From positions 3,136,001 through 3,200,000 of the forward strand of contig CP182352.1 in the NCBI GenBank assembly GCA_048571215.1: a stretch of DNA of 64,000 nt, read 5' to 3'. Every line of letters begins with the position of its first letter. The first letter of the stretch is position 1. The DNA comes from Halarcobacter sp. (GTDB lineage Bacteria > Campylobacterota > Campylobacteria > Campylobacterales > Arcobacteraceae). A program made the translations under genes and the position numbers. Shown in pieces: positions 30,315 through 38,475 of this stretch. A model generated the notes under the pieces. It ran no database searches, was not told the origin of the DNA, and worked only from the letters and a program-made list of their open reading frames with translations.

Positions 30315-32356
30315 TAAAAAATAGCTCCTTAAAAACGGAACTTCTAATTTCAAGTCTTCTGGTTATAACCATTGGTATCGGTACAATTTTTTATTTTACA
30401 TATCATTATTTAAAAAAAGAGATAGATATATCACAAGAGAAAATATATAATGAAAAGATTGATAATATAATCTATCTTATAAATCAAAAATATGAAACAC
30501 TTTTAAAAACACAAATGGAAAAATCCTATGAGGAGTCATTTAAAAAAGGAACTTTAAATATTGTAGAAAAAGTTTTTGATAAAAATAAGAAAGATATTTT
30601 CCCTTTTATCATAGATGAAAATGGTTTTATAGTGTTACATAGAATATATAATAAACAAAATGCTCATTTATATAAAAATAAAGAAGAGTATAAAAAGGTA
30701 TTAAAAAATAGAAATGGTAATTTTGATATTATAAGGGAAAATGATGGTAGATGGGTTATTTTTAAATATTATGAACCATGGGATTGGATTATAGGTTATA
30801 GGGTTAGTAAGGATGTTAAATATGAACAATTATATATATTTAGAGAGATATTTTTAACTGTATCCCTAATAATTGTTCTTCTGATTTCACTAATTATTAT
30901 ATTGATAGTTAGAAATGTGTTAAAACCTATTGATATGTTAACTACAGTTTCAAAAAGAATTGCATCTGGAAATTTAGATGCAGAGATTAAAGTGACAGGA
31001 GTAAAAGAGTTAAAAATTTTGTCATCAAATTTTGCAAAAATGAGGGACAAGATTGTTGAAGATATTTATCAATTAAAACAGCAAGAGGAAAAAATATTAT
31101 CATTTAATAGTAAACTTCAAGAAGATGTAAAGTTAAGAACAAAAGAGTTAGAAGAAGAAAAAAAAGTTTTTGAAACACTCTTTAATGACTCCTCAGATGG
31201 AATAAGTTTAGCAATTAATGATAAATTTATTGATTGTAATCGAGCACTTTTAAAAATGTTAAAAATTGATGATAAAAAAGAGTTTTTGAGATTAACAATA
31301 GGTGATATATCAGCAAAATTTCAAGCAAATGGAGTAGATTCTAATACATTAGCAAATGAGTATATTAGAAATTGTATAGAAAAAGGTAGTCTAAGGTTTG
31401 AATGGCTTCATAAAAAGAAAAACAAAGAAGAGTTTTGGTGTGAAATTGTATTAACAAGAATTATTATAAATGGTGAGGTTTTAATACATGCAGTGTGGAG
31501 AGATATTCAAGATAAAAAGATGTTAGAAATAGAGCTAGAGAATAAAAATCTTGATTTGCAAGAATCGAACGATGAACTTGAAGTTTCTATTGAAAATCTA
31601 AAAGTAACTCAAAACAAACTTATAGAATCTGAAAAATTAGCTGGGCTTGGTAGTTTGGTCTCAGGAGTTGCTAATGAGATTAGTACCCCAATTACAGTAG
31701 GAGTTACAGGTTCCTCACATTTAGAATATATTTGTGAAGAGCTAAGTTTTAAATATAAAGAGAATTTAATCTCTTCTGAGGAGTTAGAAAACTACCTTAG
31801 AAGTTTAGATGAGCTTGTAAAAGTTATTGTGTCAAATCTGAAAAAAACAGAAAAGATTATAGAAAATTTTAAACAAGTTGCAGTGGATCAAACTAGTGAA
31901 TTAAAAAGAGTTTTTAAAGTTAGTGATTATATACGAGGTATCCTAATTAGTATGGATAGTCAAATAAAAAAACGAAATATAGAGTTTAAAACAGAATGTG
32001 ATGATATGTTAGAGATCAACTCTTATCCTGGCTTTTTTGCCCAAATACTTACCCAATTAATTTCAAACTCTTTAGAGCATGCCTATAATGAATCAGATAA
32101 AGCTATTATCACTTTTAGTGCAAGAATTGAAGGAAATATCTTTGTTTTAGAATATAGTGATGGTGGAAAGGGTATTTTACAAGAAAACTTATCCAAAATA
32201 TTTGAACCTTTTTTTACAACAAATAGAAAAAATGGTTCAATAGGATTAGGTTTAAATATAGTTTATAATTTAGTTACAATAAATCTAAGTGGTAAGATTG
32301 ATTGTAAAAGTGAAGAAAATAAAGGAACTACTTTTATAATAAAAATCCCACTTTAA
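30311..32356 (+). CDS. Cache-HAMP-PAS histidine kinase-like protein with degenerate H-box
   Basis: Two TM, Cache-like YYEPWDWIIG, HAMP, PAS, SEKLAGLGSLVSGVANEISTP (His to Asn), DGGKGI, FEPFFTT, GLGL. Confidence 0.85.
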   Translation: MIKNSSLKTELLISSLLVITIGIGTIFYFTYHYLKKEIDISQEKIYNEKIDNIIYLINQKYETLLKTQMEKSYEESFKKGTLNIVEKVFDKNKKDIFPFIIDENGFIVLHRIYNKQNAHLYKNKEEYKKVLKNRNGNFDIIRENDGRWVIFKYYEPWDWIIGYRVSKDVKYEQLYIFREIFLTVSLIIVLLISLIIILIVRNVLKPIDMLTTVSKRIASGNLDAEIKVTGVKELKILSSNFAKMRDKIVEDIYQLKQQEEKILSFNSKLQEDVKLRTKELEEEKKVFETLFNDSSDGISLAINDKFIDCNRALLKMLKIDDKKEFLRLTIGDISAKFQANGVDSNTLANEYIRNCIEKGSLRFEWLHKKKNKEEFWCEIVLTRIIINGEVLIHAVWRDIQDKKMLEIELENKNLDLQESNDELEVSIENLKVTQNKLIESEKLAGLGSLVSGVANEISTPITVGVTGSSHLEYICEELSFKYKENLISSEELENYLRSLDELVKVIVSNLKKTEKIIENFKQVAVDQTSELKRVFKVSDYIRGILISMDSQIKKRNIEFKTECDDMLEINSYPGFFAQILTQLISNSLEHAYNESDKAIITFSARIEGNIFVLEYSDGGKGILQENLSKIFEPFFTTNRKNGSIGLGLNIVYNLVTINLSGKIDCKSEENKGTTFIIKIPL

Positions 32357-32517
32357 ATCTATAAATACTAATTATAATAATAAATTAATAATTTTTTTTT
32401 AGTTTATAAATATTTTTCTAAGTTACAATAAATAACTTTTTTAGTATTTTACACTGATAGCAAGTATTTTCAAAGATAATAATATATTATGAGTTTAATT
32501 GAAATATTATTTATTGA

Positions 32518-32533
32518 TGGAATATAACTTGCA
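32518..32533 (+). promoter_or_regulatory. Sigma54 (-24/-12) promoter candidate
   Basis: TGGAATATAACTTGCA with GG-N10-GC spacing, about 50 bp upstream of the response regulator. Confidence 0.45.
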
Positions 32534-32582
32534 TAAGCGTAAGCTGAGTTTGGTACTAATTTTTTGATATGGATGAAATTAA

Positions 32583-33266
32583 ATGAATGATTATGTAAAG
32601 ATGTCAAATAATTTACGAATACTCTATGCTGATAATAATTTATATATTCGCAATGATATAACTAAAATTTTAAATATGTTTTTTAAAGAAGTAATAATTG
32701 CAAGAGATGGAATAGAAGCATTAGAATATTTTAAAAAAGTTAAGATTGATATTGTATTAGCAGATTGCATTATTCCAATGGTAAGTGGAGAATGTTTTAT
32801 AAGTGAGATTAGAAAAATAGATAAAGAGATACCTATTATAATTACAAGTTCAAATTTTGATAAGGAAAAACTTATCAAAGCGATAGACTTACAAGTTATA
32901 AAATATATTGAAAAACCAGTAAACTTAGATTTATTGAAAGAAGCAATTAGTAAATCAATTGATAAATTACAATTATTAAATAGGTTACAAGTAGATTTGG
33001 GTGATAAAGTTCAATATGACTATATTAGAAAAGTGATAATTAATCCTAATAATTTAGAGATAAAATTAACTAAACAAGAGATTAGTTTATTGGAGCTTTT
33101 TATAAAAAATAAGACTAATATTGTATATAAACATATGATTATCGAAGATATATTTAATAGTCATGTAGAAGAGAATACAATTAGAAATCTTATATATAGA
33201 ATTAGAAAGAAATTATCTCCAAAAACAATTGAAACAGTTAAAGACTTGGGCTATAAGATGTCTTGA
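32583..33266 (+). CDS. OmpR-family response regulator (atypical receiver)
   Basis: ILYADNN, VLADCIIP, YIEKP; winged helix TIRNLIYRIRKKL...TVKDLGY. Confidence 0.85.
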   Translation: MNDYVKMSNNLRILYADNNLYIRNDITKILNMFFKEVIIARDGIEALEYFKKVKIDIVLADCIIPMVSGECFISEIRKIDKEIPIIITSSNFDKEKLIKAIDLQVIKYIEKPVNLDLLKEAISKSIDKLQLLNRLQVDLGDKVQYDYIRKVIINPNNLEIKLTKQEISLLELFIKNKTNIVYKHMIIEDIFNSHVEENTIRNLIYRIRKKLSPKTIETVKDLGYKMS

Positions 33267-33330
33267 TATTCCTATACTATGTAAAGGAATTCTTAGATAA
33301 GATAGATGTAAAAAATAAAAGAAGAATTGT

Positions 33331-34326
33331 ATGAAAATTTTTTCACTGCCTTTTAGTCCTTATTTATCATATTCTGAATATAAGCTAAACTATTTACCTT
33401 TTGTTTTAAAAAACAAAGAGTTTATTTATGATATATATTCAACAATTAGAATTACTCCCTTTGATACAGATGCAATGGGAGGACTTTTTGATAATGATGA
33501 ATTAATATATAAATCATTAGAGGTTCAGAAAGATACAGGAATACCAGTTAGTGCTACCTTTAATAACACAAAGGTAGTACCTACTTTGGATAACTTAAAA
33601 AAATTCATTTATCACTTCACTCCTTTATATGAGGTGGGGATAAGAAGTATAACTATGCCTATTTTTCATTGGATGATGACTAAAGAGATTCAAGATGCTT
33701 TTCCTAAACTTAATATTAAAAATACAATTATTAGTGAAGTTAGTAGTAGTAAAAACTTTTGGGATATGGCTAAAGTTGGTTATGATGTAGTTAACATTGA
33801 TAGAAATTTAATTAGAGACTTTCATACATTAAAAGAGATTAAAAAAGCACAAAAGAGTTTCTTTGATCGTTATAATAAATATGTAAAGATTCAAATACTT
33901 GTAAATGAACAATGTACAGGATTTTGTCCAATTCGTAATGAACATTATGCTATAAATTTTTCAGGTGAACATTATTTTGGAAATGAGATTTCAAAATATT
34001 CATGTACTAGTTGGGAAAAAGAAGATTTACATTATGATTTTAGAAGGGCAGTATCTTCACCATTTAGAGAAGATATCGATGATTTATTAAAGTATGTTGA
34101 TCTTTTTAAAATGTTTGGTAGAGATGGAAAAACAATGCTAAAAGGTTCTATGTTGTATATTGATGATTTTGTAGCAAATAAATCAATTGTTCCTGCTTTT
34201 GGGAAAGCTATACAAATAAAAGAAGAAGATTTTCCTAAATATGATAAGTGGAGAAAAGTTATTAAAACATGTAAATTTCAATGTTGGGATTGTAAAGTAT
34301 GTGATGAATTGGAGCCTTTAGTTTGA
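33331..34326 (+). CDS. U32-peptidase-like protein with Cys clusters (possible Fe-S protein)
   Basis: NIDRNLIRD, ILVNEQCTGFCPIRNEH, FKMFGR, C-terminal CKFQCWDCKVC. Confidence 0.55.
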   Translation: MKIFSLPFSPYLSYSEYKLNYLPFVLKNKEFIYDIYSTIRITPFDTDAMGGLFDNDELIYKSLEVQKDTGIPVSATFNNTKVVPTLDNLKKFIYHFTPLYEVGIRSITMPIFHWMMTKEIQDAFPKLNIKNTIISEVSSSKNFWDMAKVGYDVVNIDRNLIRDFHTLKEIKKAQKSFFDRYNKYVKIQILVNEQCTGFCPIRNEHYAINFSGEHYFGNEISKYSCTSWEKEDLHYDFRRAVSSPFREDIDDLLKYVDLFKMFGRDGKTMLKGSMLYIDDFVANKSIVPAFGKAIQIKEEDFPKYDKWRKVIKTCKFQCWDCKVCDELEPLV

Positions 34327-35411
34327 GAGAAGAGATATTTAATATTGATATGCATATAAAAAATTGTGAGTATTTAAAAACTATATTTAATGATAATGAG
34401 GTTTCTATAGAGAAAATTGATGATGGGATGTTAAATAATATTTATAAAATTTTTTCATCTAGTAAATGTGTAATTATCAAGCAATATCCCGATTATATAA
34501 TTAGAGATGACAAAAAGATTAAATTACCTTTAAATAGAGTAAATTTAGAATATTCTGCAATTAAAAAATTTAAAGAAAATACACCAAGAAATATCCTAAA
34601 AGTTCTATTTTTTGATGAAAAAAACTCTTTAATAATTTTACAGTATTTAGAAAACTATCTAACCTTAGAGTATCTAATACATAATTTTATTGCTTTTGAT
34701 AATATAAGCTTTAGACTAAGTGATTCAATAGCTCGTAATCTTGTTTTTAATTCCTTTAAGTTTTCACAAGATAAAAAAGAGTTTTATAATAAGTTTATTA
34801 ATTTGGATATGAAAAATTATTTACTGAATACCCTATTTTTTATTAATCCTTCAATAGTTGAGAAAAATAAAAAAATAAAAAAAAATCTAGATGAATTAGA
34901 ATATAAATTTATTAATAAAAATGAGACTTTATTACATGGAAATTTAAAAACTAGTTCAATTATGATTAGAAAAGAAAACTTCTTTCTAATTGATTTTGAT
35001 GCTTGCTTTTTAGGACCTTATGGTTTTGAATTATCTTATCTAATAGCATCATTTATAAAAGAGTATATATATTGTAAAAATATAATAAATAACTATGAAT
35101 ACGCAAAGTATTTATTAATTGAGTTCTCTAATATTATTGTAAAATTTGAAAAGAATTTTTCTAAGTATTATTTTGAAAAGAGTAAAAATAATTTAGATAT
35201 AAAAGAGATAATGAGTGATAGTTTTGCATATGGTTCTTTACAATTACTACAAACTGTAACAAAATTACATGTTTTAAATAAAGAAGTTCTTAAAGAAAAT
35301 GAACAAAATGAGTTATTAGAATTCACTAAACATATAAATAAAGTATCATTATTTATTTTAGAAAATTATAAAGATATAAAAAGAATAGAGGATCTATTAG
35401 TAATATTGTAA
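34323..35411 (+). CDS. MtnK/APH-fold phosphotransferase-like protein, catalytic Asp replaced
   Basis: GMLNNIYKI, VIIKQYPDY, LNRVNLE, LLHGNLKTSSI, LIDFD...GPYGFEL. Confidence 0.7.
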   Translation: MREEIFNIDMHIKNCEYLKTIFNDNEVSIEKIDDGMLNNIYKIFSSSKCVIIKQYPDYIIRDDKKIKLPLNRVNLEYSAIKKFKENTPRNILKVLFFDEKNSLIILQYLENYLTLEYLIHNFIAFDNISFRLSDSIARNLVFNSFKFSQDKKEFYNKFINLDMKNYLLNTLFFINPSIVEKNKKIKKNLDELEYKFINKNETLLHGNLKTSSIMIRKENFFLIDFDACFLGPYGFELSYLIASFIKEYIYCKNIINNYEYAKYLLIEFSNIIVKFEKNFSKYYFEKSKNNLDIKEIMSDSFAYGSLQLLQTVTKLHVLNKEVLKENEQNELLEFTKHINKVSLFILENYKDIKRIEDLLVIL

Positions 35412-36542
35412 GTGAGTTTTTAATACTTTTACAGCTTGTTCTATAGAATTGAAACTTTTGTGATTGTTTACAAAAGTTTTAGCGATTAAACCCATTTTTG
35501 TATAGTAGATATCTTCGTTTTCTTTTTTTATATTATTACTATTAAAAGGGACTACATGTGGTATCATCATAGATAGCATTTGTACACCCATAAATCCAAT
35601 CATATCTTTTAATAACATATCATAATATTTAGTGTCTATCTTTTTATTTAGGGAAATTTTTTCTTTAAATTTATACCAAATATCTTCAATAACAAATAAT
35701 AACCAAGAGATATACTCTTTGTCACATCTTGCTAAATCATAATTAATAGTTAAAGCCACAAATACATAAATAATTGAGCTTAAATCGTATGATATAGGTC
35801 CAAAGTTTGAAAATTCATAATCAATTATAGAGATATCATCTTCATTTAAAAGTATAGAAGCTCCTTTTAAATCACCATGTAGTAAACAATCATTTTGTGA
35901 AATAAATTTATTTTTTAAACCTTCTATATTTTTAAATAATAAACTATTTTGTGAATCTAAATCTAAAAAAAGTGCATTTGTTTTTTTGTTTGAATTTGTT
36001 AGTTTTGTGTATCTATCTATTAAATCTGTAAAGATAAATTGTACACTTAAGTCTTCCATATGTTTATTGGCTTGAAAGGTATTTAGTAGTTTTTCCCTTT
36101 CTTCTGCATTTGTTCCAAAAGTAGAAGTTTTTAAAAAATTCGCACTTAAAAAATCACTTATTTGTTCTGAAAAGTTTTTATTGATTATTCCTCTTTGTAA
36201 AAATTGATTTAGAGATATTTTATTTTTAATATATTCAATTACTATTAAATTCTCTTTTTCATCAAAAAAATACAAGTTTGGTACAAAGTTTTGATTGCAA
36301 CTTTTAAAGAACTTTAATGCTTTTGCTTCATATAGAATTCTATTCACATTTAAAGGGTGTTTAGGTCCATATTGTTTAAAATATGGCAAAGCTCTTTTTA
36401 GAATAATTTGAATATCTTTTTTTTTATTTTCAAGTAGAAAAACCTCATTTATACCATTTGTCAAATCTTTGATGTAAATCTCTTCAAATTTAAAAAATCG
36501 CTTTAAATAGTCACTACTTTCTATATATTCCTCTATATCCAA
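35397..36542 (-). CDS. MtnK/APH-fold kinase
   Basis: GINEVF, ILKRALPY, LNVNRILYEA, LLHGDLKGASI, IIDYEF...GPISYDL; TTG start 10 bp after the secA-like stop. Confidence 0.75.
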   Translation of the reverse strand: MDIEEYIESSDYLKRFFKFEEIYIKDLTNGINEVFLLENKKKDIQIILKRALPYFKQYGPKHPLNVNRILYEAKALKFFKSCNQNFVPNLYFFDEKENLIVIEYIKNKISLNQFLQRGIINKNFSEQISDFLSANFLKTSTFGTNAEEREKLLNTFQANKHMEDLSVQFIFTDLIDRYTKLTNSNKKTNALFLDLDSQNSLLFKNIEGLKNKFISQNDCLLHGDLKGASILLNEDDISIIDYEFSNFGPISYDLSSIIYVFVALTINYDLARCDKEYISWLLFVIEDIWYKFKEKISLNKKIDTKYYDMLLKDMIGFMGVQMLSMMIPHVVPFNSNNIKKENEDIYYTKMGLIAKTFVNNHKSFNSIEQAVKVLKTHLQYY

Positions 36543-36552
36543 ATTATTCCTT

Positions 36553-38475
36553 TTATTTATTTTTTGTAAAAGTTAGATTATTTAAAAAATCTTGTTCATT
36601 TATTAGGTTTAATATCCTTTTTTTTGAACTAATCTTTTCAACATATTGTTGCATAAAAATATATATATTAATAATCAATTTTTTTCCAAAAGGTAAAGAT
36701 AAAATTTTTCCTAGGTGTGGATGGATAAAAGAAGGCATATATTTTTGTAAAAGTTCATCTTCGACACTTAAAAAAGTTTTTACACTCCCTTTTTGACCTT
36801 GTCTTCCTGCTCGTCCAAATAGTTGTAAATCAACTCTTCTTGACTCATTTCTTTCAGTTACAATTACATGGAGCCCACCTAAGGAGTTACTATTATTTAA
36901 TAAGATTATATCTGTACCTCTACCTGCCATATTTGTAGCAATAGTTATGCTACCTTCTTCGCCTGCTTTTTCTATGATTTGAGCTTCTATTTCATGATTT
37001 AATGCATGTAAAACTGTACAGCTTAAACCTAAATTTTTAATTTTTCTTTCTAAAAGGTTTGCTTCTAAAATTGTTCTTGCTCCCACTAAAATTGGTCTTT
37101 TAAATGAGTGAATATATTCTATTTCTTTTGCAACTAAATCCCATTTTTCTTTTTTTGTAAAGGTGATTTCATCTTTATATATTTGAATTTGCTTTGAAAC
37201 TCTTAATGGGATTTTTACTATTGTTAAGTAATAAATCTGCCATAACTCTTTTTCAATATTTTGTAATGTACCACTCATTCCACAAATTCTTTTGTACAAT
37301 CTAAAAAACCTTTGAAAACTCATTTTGATATTTGTTTTTGTAGGTTTTGTAAGTGGAATTCCCTCTTTTGCTTCTACAGCTTGATGTAAACCACCACTCC
37401 AAGAACGACTATTCATAAGTCTTCCTGTTTTTTCATCAACTATTACAATTTTATCATCAACTATTACATACTGCTTGTTTAAATGGTAAAACTCTTTTGC
37501 TAAGATGGCTTGTTTCATAATATATTTTAATCTATAATCAACTCTCCAGGCTAAAGGGAAACTCTCTTTATATTTTTTTATTAAGTCAAATCCTGATTCA
37601 TTTATCTCCACACTATTGTATATTTTATTTATTTCATAATGTTCATTTATCTCTAATCTATCTAAAACTTTTTTTGCTTCTATAGAAGCATCTAAAAGCT
37701 CTTTATCTTCTGTTTGTATTGATATAATAAGAGGAGTTATAGCTTCATCAGCTAATACACTATCAGCTTCGTCAATGATAACTGTGTGTAAGGGTCTTAA
37801 TGTTCTTTGTACAGCTTTATCTTGTAGTTCGTACAATAATTCTTTAGAAGAGCCAAATTCATAATCTACTTTCATCTTATCTCTTAGGTAATCAGCTAAT
37901 ATATCATTGCTTGTTGCATATACTACATCTTTTTGGTAATGTAAAACTCTTTGTTCGTTTTCCATATCATTAGTGATATATCCAACCTCTACAAAGCACC
38001 TATTGTATAAAGGAGCTAGTAGTTGAGCATCTCTTGATGCTAAGTAATCATTTGAGGTTATTATATGGCAAGGTTCTCCCCTCCATGATAAAGCAATTGT
38101 AGCTATACATGCAGTGATTGTTTTACCTTCTCCTGTTGCCATCTCTATTATGTATCCATTATACATAGCAAGAGCACCCATTATTTGTACAGGGTAGGGT
38201 CTTTTTTGTATTTCTCTAAAGGAGGTCTCACTTATTAGGGCAAATGTTAATTTTAACTCCTCAAAGTTATCTTTTCTTAATAAAAATTTATCTTTTTGGT
38301 TTCTTAATTTTGATTCTAACTCTTCATCACTAACATCTTTAAATGTTAAAGATAGTGAATATATCTCTTGGGCCTGCTTTTTTATTTTTTTATAATTAAA
38401 AAATTTTCTTCTAAAAAAGCCTTTTATATTGTGAATGAATGAATCAGCATCTTTATATAATTTATTATTTTCCAT
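36553..38475 (-). CDS. Accessory SecA-like ATPase, C-terminally truncated (motor domains only)
   Basis: EMATGEGKT, TSNDYLASRD, IDEADS, GLHQAVEAKEG, ATNMAGRGTDI, ESRRVDLQLFGRAGRQG, FLSVEDEL; ends about 70 aa later, 640 aa. Confidence 0.9.
   Translation of the reverse strand: MENNKLYKDADSFIHNIKGFFRRKFFNYKKIKKQAQEIYSLSLTFKDVSDEELESKLRNQKDKFLLRKDNFEELKLTFALISETSFREIQKRPYPVQIMGALAMYNGYIIEMATGEGKTITACIATIALSWRGEPCHIITSNDYLASRDAQLLAPLYNRCFVEVGYITNDMENEQRVLHYQKDVVYATSNDILADYLRDKMKVDYEFGSSKELLYELQDKAVQRTLRPLHTVIIDEADSVLADEAITPLIISIQTEDKELLDASIEAKKVLDRLEINEHYEINKIYNSVEINESGFDLIKKYKESFPLAWRVDYRLKYIMKQAILAKEFYHLNKQYVIVDDKIVIVDEKTGRLMNSRSWSGGLHQAVEAKEGIPLTKPTKTNIKMSFQRFFRLYKRICGMSGTLQNIEKELWQIYYLTIVKIPLRVSKQIQIYKDEITFTKKEKWDLVAKEIEYIHSFKRPILVGARTILEANLLERKIKNLGLSCTVLHALNHEIEAQIIEKAGEEGSITIATNMAGRGTDIILLNNSNSLGGLHVIVTERNESRRVDLQLFGRAGRQGQKGSVKTFLSVEDELLQKYMPSFIHPHLGKILSLPFGKKLIINIYIFMQQYVEKISSKKRILNLINEQDFLNNLTFTKNK

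Noticed and set aside
34323..36542. Calling these mtnK of methionine salvage
   Set aside because: Catalytic loop differs from HGDLH, one copy lacks the Asp, and no other salvage genes are nearby
36553..38475. Calling this the housekeeping secA
   Set aside because: Too short, lacks the C-terminal domains and is embedded in an accessory operon
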